Source of the DNA: Bigelowiella natans CCMP2755
Taxonomy: Eukaryota; Protista; Cercozoa
Assembly (NCBI GenBank): GCA_000320545.1
Contig: ADNK01001423.1
Location: 1-64,000 of the forward strand
Length of the DNA stretch: 64,000 bases
Reading direction: 5' to 3'
The position numbers and the translations under genes are program-made. The stretch's first letter is position 1. Each line of letters opens with the position of its first letter. A model generated the notes under the pieces. That model was not told the DNA's origin. It saw only the letters and a program-made list of their open reading frames with translations, and ran no database searches. This document shows positions 39,601 through 51,399 of the stretch, in pieces.

Positions 39601-41582
39601 ACTCCGCATAAAATTGAGCGAAAGGCTTGAGAAATCCAGCAAATCCTATAGGATGCCTTTTAATACATCCTATAATCGTACTGCCAATTACGAGAACCAT
39701 CGTTCGAAAGGCGTTTGCCAGAGCATGTTGTTTTTGTTGCTGGTCACGACACCTGACAGATGGTAATGATGATGATAGTAGTGATGTGATGACATAATCA
39801 TGATGATTCTTACTTAGGTAGAAGGAGCTTAGAGATCTGCAAGAATCCCTCGAATAAACCGCGTGCATGTTTTGAATCGTTTAACTTCGCAATGCCGTAG
39901 GCAACGAGCACGTTCAGGCAACGCAACAGCTGGAGAGAACGTTCTGACATCGCCTTTGCTTGCTGAAAGTTTCCTTGTGAGACTGCGCTTATTAGCTGCT
40001 GTGTCGTTTTGAACCATGCGGGACGAAGAAAATCCAGCAATGGCCCCGCGGCTTTGTGGAACGCCTTTATCGAAACGAAAAAATGAGAACTTCATACTAT
40101 TGTTTGATAACATCATGCGAAATTCATATCTCAGCAGCGGTGACAGCAACCTGATTCTTCCCTCATTATTATCATAATCATCATCATCATCATCTGTGCT
40201 GTGTACCTACCTTTCTGAGCATGAAGATTCGACGGGAACTCAGCTCTCTCAGCACCTCGAGGAGTAAATGCAAAGCGCGAATAACCTGAACCTCTGAACC
40301 TTTGCTGATCACTTCCAGCGTTGCAGGAAATAAGGTGGGCCATTTTTTGGGCCAATCGAAGCTACACCGACGATGATAAAGCAAAAGTAGGAAACTAAAT
40401 AAGTACTCTCTAAAAATAATTTGAACACGGAACTAGACCGAAGGTAGATAAAGAGGAATAGGGAAACAAAACATCACAATAAACTGTCGAAGCGCAGCAG
40501 TGAGCGTTGGACGACTACCAAATAATCATCACAACCGCCATTATAATATTATCATCAGATCATAAGGAATAGAAGATGAAAATATTAGAAGGGGAAAATT
40601 AAAATATTGAGAAAAATAGAAGGGGAAAGAATTAGCATCTCTTCGGTGCATGATTGGGCTCAATTGTCTAGTATTTTAAGGAAGATGGTAAAAGCTGCCA
40701 TTTTTCCATTTTATTGCGCAATATCAACTTTTATACGACTCATTGTTCTCTACCGTGCGACTTTAGCTACAGCAACTGCTACTTGGCGGTAAACCTGGAC
40801 ATTAATGTTTAGCACTTTGCGCTGCTCTTTCAACATATCCACGGGGTCATTAACATGTACGCAACATTATGCATACAAATTATATTCATATAAACTACAC
40901 ACCAAGATGTTTTTCTCCGAGAAGGCCGATTTTGATAGTATCTGTTTTTTCAAGTGTTCCTTTTCGTCGTCACTGATGTAATACCTATTTTTTTTAGTCA
41001 TTATTCTTAATCAATCCAGTCTATATCACCATGAGCACCAAGAAGCGAACGATAACAATTTAGCACCATTTCGCTTCTGAGGCGCCGACTACTAACTAAA
41101 GCTTTTGTACTAACCCTCCGCGCTTGTTCCAGTACTTCGCAACCGTGTTTTTAAACTTTAAATAAAAAAGAAGAATCAATACTGAATATCGTTACCATAT
41201 ATAGAGCAATCGAGAGAATGATGACATGAGCGTGGTGACCTGAATCGCTGCATTCTGCCTCACTTCAAGCTTCAGCTCCTCCCGGGAGTATATAACCTTT
41301 CATTTGATTAGTTGTATTCTAAAAAATGCAACCACAGCAGTAGAAGCAACACAAACAGACCTGGAGGCAGCTCGTATAACCAGGTGTCACCTCCAATTTC
41401 TTAATTTGAGCCTCTGCTGGCTTTCTAATCGCATCCTAAATTGTTCAAAAAACCTGTGTCATAAATATTTTATAGAACTCTCTTCTCAATGCCATTGCTG
41501 AACTTACCTCAGGCGAGATGCACGCCTGAAGGACGTTGACCAGCCGGCTAAGATTCTCAGGGTTAGGCCTCAGGGCCGCCAT
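36676..41582 (-). CDS. IPO11: Importin-11 / Kap120-like karyopherin-beta, multi-exon
   Basis: N-terminus MAALRPNPENLSRLVNVLQACISPE|DAIRKPAEAQIKKLE (IBN_N-like), FDWPKKWPTLF, LEVLRELSSRRI, EIEEWNSDGEEY, VRARAVWCLGEWV, HEAT-repeat-like helical exons. The assignment to IPO11 rather than another importin-beta comes from motif recall. Confidence 0.8.
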
Positions 41583-41909
41583 AATACCATTCGACCAGTG
41601 CTTCTTCTTCCTTGTTCTCGTTGCGTTCGTTGATCTAAAAAGTGTTGCAGGAGTTGTTTTACTGCCGAGTAGTAAATTTGTCGGAATTATTTCTCACAGA
41701 ATAAATCCGAGTACTACTGTACGGTTGGCATGTGCGTACGACAAGACACGTGTTAGGTCTACACGTGATAATCCCTTCAATTGTAACACAAAAAGCACAA
41801 AAAGCATAAGAAGAAGACCTTCCCAATCTCTTTTACCTCCCGCCAAACCATAGGAGAGTGATACGAGTGCAGCTATAGATCTAGCCGTGCGAAGCGGGTT
41901 GAGTTTCGG
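41583..41909. promoter_or_regulatory. Short head-to-head spacer, probable bidirectional promoter (importin-11 / RAD50)
   Basis: Only 327 bp lie between the divergent ATGs. Contains TCCCGCCAAA (E2F-like) at 41838-41847. Confidence 0.6.
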
Positions 41910-44900
41910 ATGTCGACTATCAAAAAACTAAGGATCCAAGGTGTGCGATCGTACGCAGCAAACAAGGCTGGAACTATAGAGGTTTCATTCGCATTCATCT
42001 TCTCGATTCTGGTTGACACTAGATGATGATGGCTTAGTTCTTTAAACCTCTGACGATCATCGTTGGCGCAAACGGTTCAGGAAAGACGGTAGATATTTCA
42101 ACTGTTTTGCTGTATTTTTTTGACAATTTTCTATGACAGACGATAATCGAATGTTTAAAATTCGCAACCACTGGGGATCTGCCTCCACTAAGTGATAAGG
42201 GTAAAAGCTTTGTTCACGATCCCAAGGTTGAAAACGGGCCATTCGATTCATTTTGGAGGTACTCTGGTAACTTTAGCTTTCTACGGCACAGATTCGTGGT
42301 GTTCCTGTAGTCAAAGGAAAAGTTATGCTTGGATTTCAAACCGGAGATGAGAAGACATTCGTAGCAACGCGCGCCTTTCAGTTGACTCAAAAGACCAAAT
42401 TAAAGCGCGAGTACAAGTTGATAGACAGCGTCATACGAACCAGAACGGCTGAAGGAGAGGTACGCCGAAGTTGTTCTTAGGATTTTGTTGATATTAACTT
42501 TCTGTTCAGGAAAAAGCTGTTAGTCAAAGATGTGCAGACTTTGAGAAACAAATTCCGCTTCTGTTGGGAGTCTCGAAAGCTGTTTTGGAGAATGTTGTAT
42601 TTTGCCACCAGGTTGGGTCTTTGATAGATATAAGTTTCTATTACTGGACATATTTTCCCGGAACGAACATATTCGCTAAAATACATAGGAGGATTCCAAC
42701 TGGCCTCTAAGTGACTCTAAAACATTGAAAAGCAAATTTGACGATATCTTTGCTGCAACAAGGTACGATACCAATACAGAAGAAATGGCCCAACCGTGAT
42801 ATACATTCCTAATTCTCAGGTGGACACAGGCACAAGATCGAATTTATAAACTTCGAAAGAAAAAATCTAAACAAATAAAGGAATTAGACAACGAGATGAA
42901 GGTTATGGAAGTAAGCCTCCAGACTGCGAAAAAGGTTTACTTTCGAATGAAGTTATAGATTGACACCATTGTGATTTGTATAAGCTATCCGCAGATCCAA
43001 TCCAACAATATTCTTCTGGGGCGTGACATCAAGGCCCACAAAGAGAAAGCCGACAAACTGTCCGAAGATCGAAATCGATATATGGAAAAGCTTCAGGATC
43101 TGCAAAAAACAGGCAAAGATATCGAGAATCTGAGACTGAAAAGAGACCTTGAGAAGCGTAATCTTATGGAACGAATCAAAGAGAAGGAAGAAGCTCGGAA
43201 CCAAGTTAAAGAGGATCTCGAAGGCACTACCAAACAACTGAAGGATGCGAAGGTTGAGGTTCAAGGTCAGATATCAAAGTTAGAAAATCGGATTCAAAAC
43301 TTGAATGAGAAATATTCTGCGCTAATCGACGAGAAATCCAACATGGAAAGGGAATTAAACAGTGTGACGATGGCTATCGGACAGGCTCAGGCCGAGCAGG
43401 TGCAGTACGATAAGGATAAAAAGCAGTGTGAAATCACAACCATACAGTGCTGCCGTAGATACAAGCTCGCTGGGATTGATGTGGACGGTTCAATGACGGT
43501 ACAGACATTTGAGCACGTTGCAGAAAGCCTCAAGAGGCTCACAGAAGAAAATACCATCAGAGAGAAGAAGCATAAGAAGCAGGCGACGGATGCGGATGCT
43601 GAGTTTGAGCGCGAGATCGCAATGATTAGTGAAAATATGAGGCGCGTGAGTCAAGACGAGAGTTATCGTAGAGAGGAAAAGAAGAAATTATCGGTTCAGC
43701 TGCGAAATATCGAAGATGAAAAAAGACTTATAGCTGCTCAATTAGGAAGCGAATCGGATGTGAATGTGAACGTTCAGGTTGTGAAATTGGAGGCGGAGCT
43801 CAAAAAGCTCAAGGATATGGAGGACTCGAGTTCTTGTCAAAACCAAATAAATGCCAAGATGCGGAGACTGGAGACCGGAAATAGCGACCTGGAGCTTCTT
43901 AAGATGCAGCAACAGGAGTTTCAAGGAGCCTCGGAGGCTCGGATGCAGCTCAAACTTCGTCAACAAGGTTTCAAACATCGCAAGAGCGAGCTGGAACAGA
44001 AGTTTAACGAGAAGAAAATCGAGTTTTGTGACTTGTATAAGGTCGAGCAAGTTACGCCGGAAACCATTATAGCTGAGAACAAGCGTGGTCTTCAATGCCT
44101 AAGTGCTGAAATTGTCAAGGATGATGCCCAGCATGCAGAACTCGACCGGCAAGTATCTTCGTTTGAGGGCGAGTTACATTCAACGAAAAGTCAAGTTGAT
44201 ACAATACGAAAAGAAATATTCAGAGAAAAGGAATTGTTCGAGGCAAAGAGCATCTGCATAGAAGAAAAAGGCCTTCCTGAGCTAATCTCAGAGTTTGAGA
44301 AGCAACACAAGAATGTCAAGGAGGAAGTCGATATGTGGGAGCCGTTCCTCAAGATCTACAATATCCTTAAAATGCAAGCCCACAAAAGCCACAAATGTTC
44401 CTTGTGCGAGCGTAGCTTGGATGAGGGACAACTTCGGGAATTTGACAGCCTAGTCGACAAAAAAATCCGAAGTTTGAGCAAGAGTGACCAAAAACGTAAG
44501 TTTATGGAAAAGGAGGCCAAGCTTGCATCAAAACTCTCCACACACCGTAACATGCTGGGAAACTGGACCAACTACCAACAGCTCTCCCGCCAGCTGCCTC
44601 AGGCAAAGAAAAAGATGGTTGAGCTAGAGAACAAAGTTATCAGCGCTAAGAAGGCACGGGAAGCTAAATCTATAATGAGAAACACACGGCGCCGTCGTAT
44701 GCAAAAAATGGAGGCCTTGCAACCAGTTATCACTAAAATAGGGTTGCTCATGGAAAAGTGCAGGGATGATGAGAGAAAAATTCAACAGGAGAAAGAAGCA
44801 CTCCCTGCAGGATTTAGCGAAGAAGATGTAGCCAAGGTTGAAGCTGACATTGATAGGATTAGTAGGGAGAATACGAATCTCAGAAGGGAGATCAATGATC

Positions 44901-46264
44901 TTATAGCACGGCAAAGAACGACTTTGAAACGTCGAGAAGAGCTGCAGAGCAAGGTCAACGAACTGCGCGAGAAGCAAGCTGCTCATCAACGTCTACATCT
45001 AAAGCTCGAGGCCCTTGATAAGGAAACGTTTCAGAAAGAAAAACGGATATTGGAACTTGATGCGAAGATGAAAACCCTCAAAGAGGAACTGCAACCTATT
45101 AGAGACAAACTTGAAAGGGTCAATCGTGCACGAAAGGACTGTCGTGAGAAGCATGGAAAACAGGAGAAGATGTTACAGAAATGGCGCCAGGACTTATTAG
45201 GCGAGTTTAATATTCTGAGAGGGAAAATAGTTTCCTTGAAGGAGCTGGGATCTGTCGAGAAGCGATCTGAACGTGAGAACCTCTTTCGTCAAAAGGTGCG
45301 TTTCCAAAAAGCCATTGCAGAGACTGATGAGAAGCGCAAGAATTTAATTCGTACCAAAGAAAAGTGTACTAAATTAATAAAAACAAAAGAGGACTCCCAA
45401 CACAAAATAGATACGATGTTGAATTATAAGGAGAAATGTGAAAAAGTTGTAGTGGCCCGCAAAAGGGCGGAGGAGTTGCATGTTCAATTAAAAGAACATG
45501 GTGGATTGGACCTGGAAGGATCGACAGAGAAAGTGCGGGAGAGAATAAGTTTACTTCAAAGCCGTGTGGATAAGTTACAGGGAAAGATCGCTGCCAAGAA
45601 ACAGCAAATTACCCGCAATGACGAGGAACTAGCAACCCCGAGGCTATTTGATGTTGAAGAGAAACATCGCAAGCTGATGATAGAAACATATATCAATAAG
45701 AAGGCACTGAAAGACCTGGAAGTGTACTCAAATGCCCTTGAGTTAGCCCTGATGGAGTACCACTCTGCAAAAATGGAGGAGATCAACGATGTACTCCGAG
45801 ACTATTGGTCGACCACCTACTGTGGTCGGGACATAGAAGAAATTCGAATAGAGTCCAATCACACTACAGAACTCAAGGGACGACGGCAGTACAACTATCG
45901 TGTGGTTATGAAGCAGCGTGACACGTTACTGGATATGCGTGGACGGTGCAGCGCTGGACAAAAGGTCCTAGCGTCGTTGCTAATACGACTTGCATTGGCA
46001 GAAACCTTCTGCACTAAATGTGGAGTTCTGGCCTTGGACGAGCCCACTACCAACCTTGATCAGGCAAACATCCGTCAATTTGCACGGGCTCTTAATGAAA
46101 TCATTCAACGGCGTTTGGAGCAGAAAAACTTTCAGCTCATCATAATTACGCACGATGAAGAGTTTGTAGATATGCTTGGGCAGCGGGACCATTGTGACTA
46201 TTACTACCGAGTTTACAAGGATGAGGAACAGAATAGTCGAATCAAACAACAACCTTTCGAGTAA
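41910..46264 (+). CDS. RAD50: DNA repair protein RAD50, 8 exons
   Basis: [15 protein letters not shown], Walker [11 protein letters not shown]|[21 protein letters not shown]|EDSNWPL, zinc hook [50 protein letters not shown]. Confidence 0.98.
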
Positions 46265-46569
46265 CCCCAAACCTATATGCAACTTGAAACTATAGACAGG
46301 TTCACATATGACGTGATGAATGTAGAATGTCGTTCGTTCGTACTGATAGTATTTGCAATGTTGGGACGCTACATGCTCTGTATGTCACCAATGCTATTAA
46401 GCGATATCATAGATGAGTGGATCGTATCTTTCAAGCCTCGAAACTATACACAAGATGCGAATGCTGGCTCGCTGGTGGCTGATGATGGCGCCTTTTTTTA
46501 TGCCATACCGGTGCCTAGTACGGGTATCATCGCTGGTCGGTTGCTGTTGCTGTTGTTGTGTCTACTTGC

Positions 46570-47206
46570 TTAGTTACGGTAGAGCGCATCAGATCTAGAC
46601 AACAGAGAGGTGAACGGATTGTGTGATCATTTTTGACTGCCCATGCTATGTACATGTACAATTTGACCACATGCATCTATGCTCGACATCTAGACATCCT
46701 TGATATGCTTTCATGCACATGTGTGGAAATCAGCACACATGTGGCACATCTCTAGATCTAGACATGCACGTTTATGTCTAGACGCATGCTATGATAGAAT
46801 ACGCACATAAAACACAGCTAGATAGCGCCGTGCGTAGTTGTTATGCTCTAGTGTTGAAGAATGTGGTGTAAGCGACAAGCATGCTAGCTAGCTAGCACTA
46901 GAGCATGGGTCGAGTCCGCTACACGCTAGCACGTGTGAAACATGGAAGATACTTTCGATCACAACACATTGCTGTCTATTAACATGTACTAGTGTACCAT
47001 ACGAACTCATTGACTGGTGCATGACGCTGCTGACACGGGGGGTGTCTAGGTGTGTCCGCATACATCTAGTCATGATTTTTCTCAACGCTCTAATAACATG
47101 GTATCCGATGTATCTATATCTAGGTATAAACATGTTGGCGTGCATGGAATACATCGAACGATACACCTATTTGCCTTGTGTTTTTTGCGTATATGAACTA
47201 CAGACA

Positions 47207-47263
<57 letters not shown>

Positions 47264-47340
47264 AAAAAGACAGCGTGCAAGATCTATCAAGCTACAATGA
47301 CGAGCGCTAGCTAGCTAGAGCGTAGTATGGCAGATCCCTG
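46570..47340. other. Palindrome-rich convergent spacer (RAD50 / cold-shock protein)
   Basis: tgtacatgtaca, catctagacat, tctagatctaga, gcatgctagctagctagc, catgtactagt, gctagctagctag and a (TA)n run. Confidence 0.75.
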
Positions 47341-47622
47341 ATACGATCGTGGCATTGTTTCTAAAAGGAAAAATTGTGTAACATGGGAGGCTTCCGCAAC
47401 CCATCTTTATTCGCTCGAGTTCTTGGCGATGGGTCTATATGTACTTGCTAAATGGCGAAATTGCACATATTGTCTCTACTTCTGGGAACAGCCCAACAGC
47501 AGGGACGGTTAAGCTGCTGTGTTCATTAGACATTCACATCGGAACCACTGTGAAATATACCCTACTTTAGTTGCATCGATTCCTGTGCTTTGTGATGTCC
47601 TTTGTTTGCAATTTAGAGTTGG

Positions 47623-48124
47623 TTAACGGGTACTCAAAGTAACATCCTCAGCTACGGGCCCTTTCTCTGAATCTGCGATTACAAACTCTACACGTTGGCC
47701 AGTCTCCAATGCACGGTAACCCTGTCCACGGATGTTTGTGTAATGAACGAACAAGTCTGATCCATTCTCCCTCATAAGAAAGCCAAATCCCTGACATCAT
47801 TCCAATCCTCACAATAAGTTAATTGGGCATTTCTTGCGATGATATGATTAGATTACCTTCGATGGGTCAAACCACTTCACTGTGCCGTGCTCCCTATCAG
47901 ACGGTCGCTCGGTACAAAGGCTTCGAGTGATAGGTGCCTTCAAGATCTAAAAATATTGTCCATTTCATGTTTCAGCTGTCAATGAAGAGTCGTACTTACT
48001 TCGTAAAATTTACCTGCGGATTTATGTGTATATTCATAGTCTTAATCAGCGGTCTTGGAGTGAATGCAGACGCTCGTCGAACTAGCATCCTGAGAACTAC
48101 ACGATTTATAATTCGATGTGCCAT
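47623..48124 (-). CDS. Single cold-shock-domain protein (CspA-like) with a basic N-terminal extension, 3 exons
   Basis: Spliced: MAHRIINRVVLRMLVRRASAFTPRPL..|..EHGTVKWFDPSK|GFGFLMRENGSDLFVHYTNIRGQGYRALETGQRVEFVIADSEKGPVAEDV. RNP1 and RNP2 motifs are intact. Confidence 0.9.
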
Positions 48125-48583
48125 TTTCTTTCGCGATCTGCCCTTATTCTGCTTTATGTGAACGAATCCCCCGCTTCGGAATGCATCTACGGGGGGGCAG
48201 AGTACGATCAATTTTGCCGAAAAAATAAGGTTTCATATAATAGGACAAACGACATGCATTTCTACTAATTTACACAACAAAATAATACTGATAAATCTTA
48301 AATAAAGCCTTCTTAGCGGGCAGCGTACCTTCCGTGCTACTACTTGCGGGGAGGGATTTTCCTTGCTTCATTTCTTTAAAAAGGTTGCACGTTGAACTTC
48401 TAATATCAATGACAGAAAAAAAAAGAGGGGCGGGGGGATGGAAAAATACCAAGAGAGGAGGGAATGATAGCGCAACATGGTTGTAGATAGGATAAAATGA
48501 AAAGCTGATCTAGTCAATGAGACGAAACGATGTAAAAGTGGACGTCAACTTTCGTTCTTGATAATTCTTTGTCAGAAGGTCCA
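48125..48583. promoter_or_regulatory. Head-to-head spacer, probable bidirectional promoter (cold-shock protein / CWC15)
   Basis: About 460 bp between the divergent ATGs; AT-rich with a GC-box-like ggggcggggg. Confidence 0.5.
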
Positions 48584-49833
48584 ATGACCACTGCTCATAA
48601 ACCAACATTCCATCCTGCTGTGGGAAGCGCCAATCCAGGTGGATATAGATACTATGCTCCCAGGGCACAGTATTCTTCCCGTGACATGCCTGGACAGCTC
48701 ACTCTCAAAACAAGGTACAAATATGGACTTCACTATCATAAGTACTAATTGCAGTAGTAGTAGTGGTAGTAGTAGTCGTAGTAACAGTAGTAGTATTAGT
48801 ATCAGCAAAGGAGTCAATGATAGAAATAATTTTCAATGGTGCAGAGGAGTTGGACAAGGCAGTGCGCAAGAAATCAACCAGCGCGACCTCAAGGCTGAGC
48901 TTTTGAAGAAAGAAAAGGAACACTTCGACAAAAAAGAAAACGGTGAATATCAGTAGCGTATAAAGAAATTGTGGATTATGTTTACCATTTGATTGAATTC
49001 TGAGTTAATTTGTGTCAATATCTAGAGAGGAGAAAGAAGCTAGGACTTCCCCCACTCGCAGGAAATGAAGAAGGTAACTTCATTGTTTATCGAAGGGAAA
49101 AAAATACATCCAATCGTGTCTAAACGATAATTGTGTGCAGTTGCCCCAACATTGACGCTGGAGAATGTGGATTTATCGAAGTACGATGATGACGACGATG
49201 ATGACGACGAGTCGGATAATTCAGATGACGACGACGACAGGTAGAGAGTACAAGTTAACATTTTGTTGAAGTTGCAAGATTAAAGATAAGTTTTGAAATA
49301 AGGAAACTGGAAAACTTAAAGTTTTGTAGCTACAAACTGCTATGTCAGATCTTTAATTTCTTGTGTCTTATTTCCAGCGATGATGACGAGGACGAAAAAG
49401 CGGAGTTAGAGCGTGAGTTGGCGCGCATTAAAAAGGAGAGGGAGGAAGCAAAATTACGTCAGGTTTGTATTCTGAAAATGAACATGCCCATGCCCTGCTT
49501 AAACGCGAAAATAAATATTCCAGCAAATGGAGGAGGCATCTAAAAGAGACCATGAGAGGACATTGGCGGCATCACGGGGTAACCCATTATTGAATTTGGG
49601 TGGCAAGTCGAATTTCAATGTCAAAAAGAGGTCTGTTAATTTTCTTGCTGTTAGAAATCTACACTTTTCGTGTGATTCAACATCGGTGATCCCGTCTATT
49701 TCTTATTAGATGGTACGAAGACGTCGTTTTCAAAAATCAAGCTAGGGATGCACCAAAGGCACAGAAAACCTTCGTTAACGACACAATTAGGAATGCATTC
49801 CATAGGAAATTCTTAAGTAAATACATGAAATGA
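48584..49833 (+). CDS. CWC15: Spliceosome-associated protein CWC15
   Basis: [28 protein letters not shown], acidic tract, [26 protein letters not shown]|[32 protein letters not shown]. Confidence 0.95.
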
Positions 49834-49999
49834 CCGTATTTGGTGTCACAGTTTTTGTATCTAGCGAAAATAAGCACCTCCCGACAATTGGATGCTACTA
49901 GCCCTGATAACAGTGGGGTGAATGTTATAGAGTTGTGCACGTGGATAACCGACAGCAGGAAGGTTGCTGGCTTGGTTAAATCTTATTCGCCGAATGTGC

Positions 50000-51221
50000 A
50001 TGAATCGTGCACGAAGTTTTTTTTCAATATCATTTCGACTATTTATATCACTCGATCAAACTAACTATATGAAGTGTACACGTTGCTCCGGCAACTCTAG
50101 TTCATATACGTATTCTAACCTACCTACCTGTCGAATCATTTTGCTGAAGAATACTGCATTTAGAGGTGCCCAGTGCAACGTGCAGCCGTATTAGTGCAGA
50201 ATGGCCATTAGTATAGATTACGCCTTATTTCGTAACGACTCAGCCGTCTACGCTAAGACATGTCTAGATGTACTTGCATGCGGCCACGCGCTACACTGAC
50301 CAAATTAACTTGCGTGCAGCCCACCATGCATGCACTGTAATAATTGAGGCACCTAGGCACGACTACGACGAAAGCACGATGCGTTTCAGGTCGTATCCTG
50401 TCGTCAATCACGAGCAGCATGCATAGCATGCAATGCCTTGTTCTTCGCAGTATTTGTTATTGTTTTTAGCTTGAGCAGCAACATGCACTTGAGTCATTAG
50501 TTGCGGCAACGATGCTCCTGCTTGTAGATGCGAGGCTCTAGCACTAGAGCATAGCTGCTGTGTCATTGTTCCGCACAGCAACATGCTAGCATGTACGCAC
50601 AGCCTAGATTATGAACTTGCCTAGTGGGACAAAAGCTAGAGAAAGTACCGGCATACCGACATTAGTAGATCACTAGATCAATCGATCCAGCTAGCCAGGC
50701 GAACATAGCAGTGCTAGAGTAGCTAGATTGCCCTAGCTAGCTAGCGCATCAACCTTAGTGCCAGCTAGCTAGAGCTAGACTGAGACGTATGTTTAAACAT
50801 GCATGTCTGTACGGACTGAGTGGACTAATTCAGGCTGGCTATGCACAGCTAGACAGCTACATCTTAGCTCTAGACACATGGCTAGCTAGATATAGGCAGG
50901 GCTACTCTAGTACCATAGCGTGGCATGCTCGCTGCGGCGTGCATTCACGTACGACGATGTGGCGTGCAACAAGAACACATAGCGCATAGCTGCAGCGGCA
51001 TATACATGTCTAGATGTACCTAGCTTCTGTAGACGTACATGCTAGCATGTTGAGTACATAACTGATAACATAAATAGCTCGCTAGCATATCTATACATGC
51101 ATGCGCGGCTCTGCATAGCTAGATAGCTACATTAGGATGACAATTGAAAAAATGTTATAATTTTATTACATCGTCTCATGTATGCATCGCATAGCAGTGT
51201 AGTAGCCACACACGCTGCTAC

Positions 51222-51262
<41 letters not shown>

Positions 51263-51320
51263 CAAATGAACACATTAGTCTAGAAGTATATATCTAGATA
51301 TGTGCTAGCGCTGGCCCAGA
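50000..51320. other. Palindrome-rich convergent spacer (CWC15 / sorting nexin)
   Basis: CATGCTAGCATG at 50582 and 51038, ACATGTCTAGATGTAC at 50258 and 51004, many (CTAG)n runs, and element copy D. Confidence 0.8.
51126..51180 (+). repeat. Copy D of the dispersed element
   Basis: gctacattaggatgacaattgaaaaaatgttataattttattacatcgtctcatg. Confidence 0.85.
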
Positions 51321-51399
51321 CAATGTATGTATCAACTGACATCTTGACATTTTGTCGAAGTGAAAAGAAGCAAGATGCAACTGTTTTTGGGCAAATTAC

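Noticed and set aside
16899-46264. SMC1 and RAD50 as a functional gene cluster
   Set aside because: They are separated by five unrelated genes, and proximity alone is not evidence.
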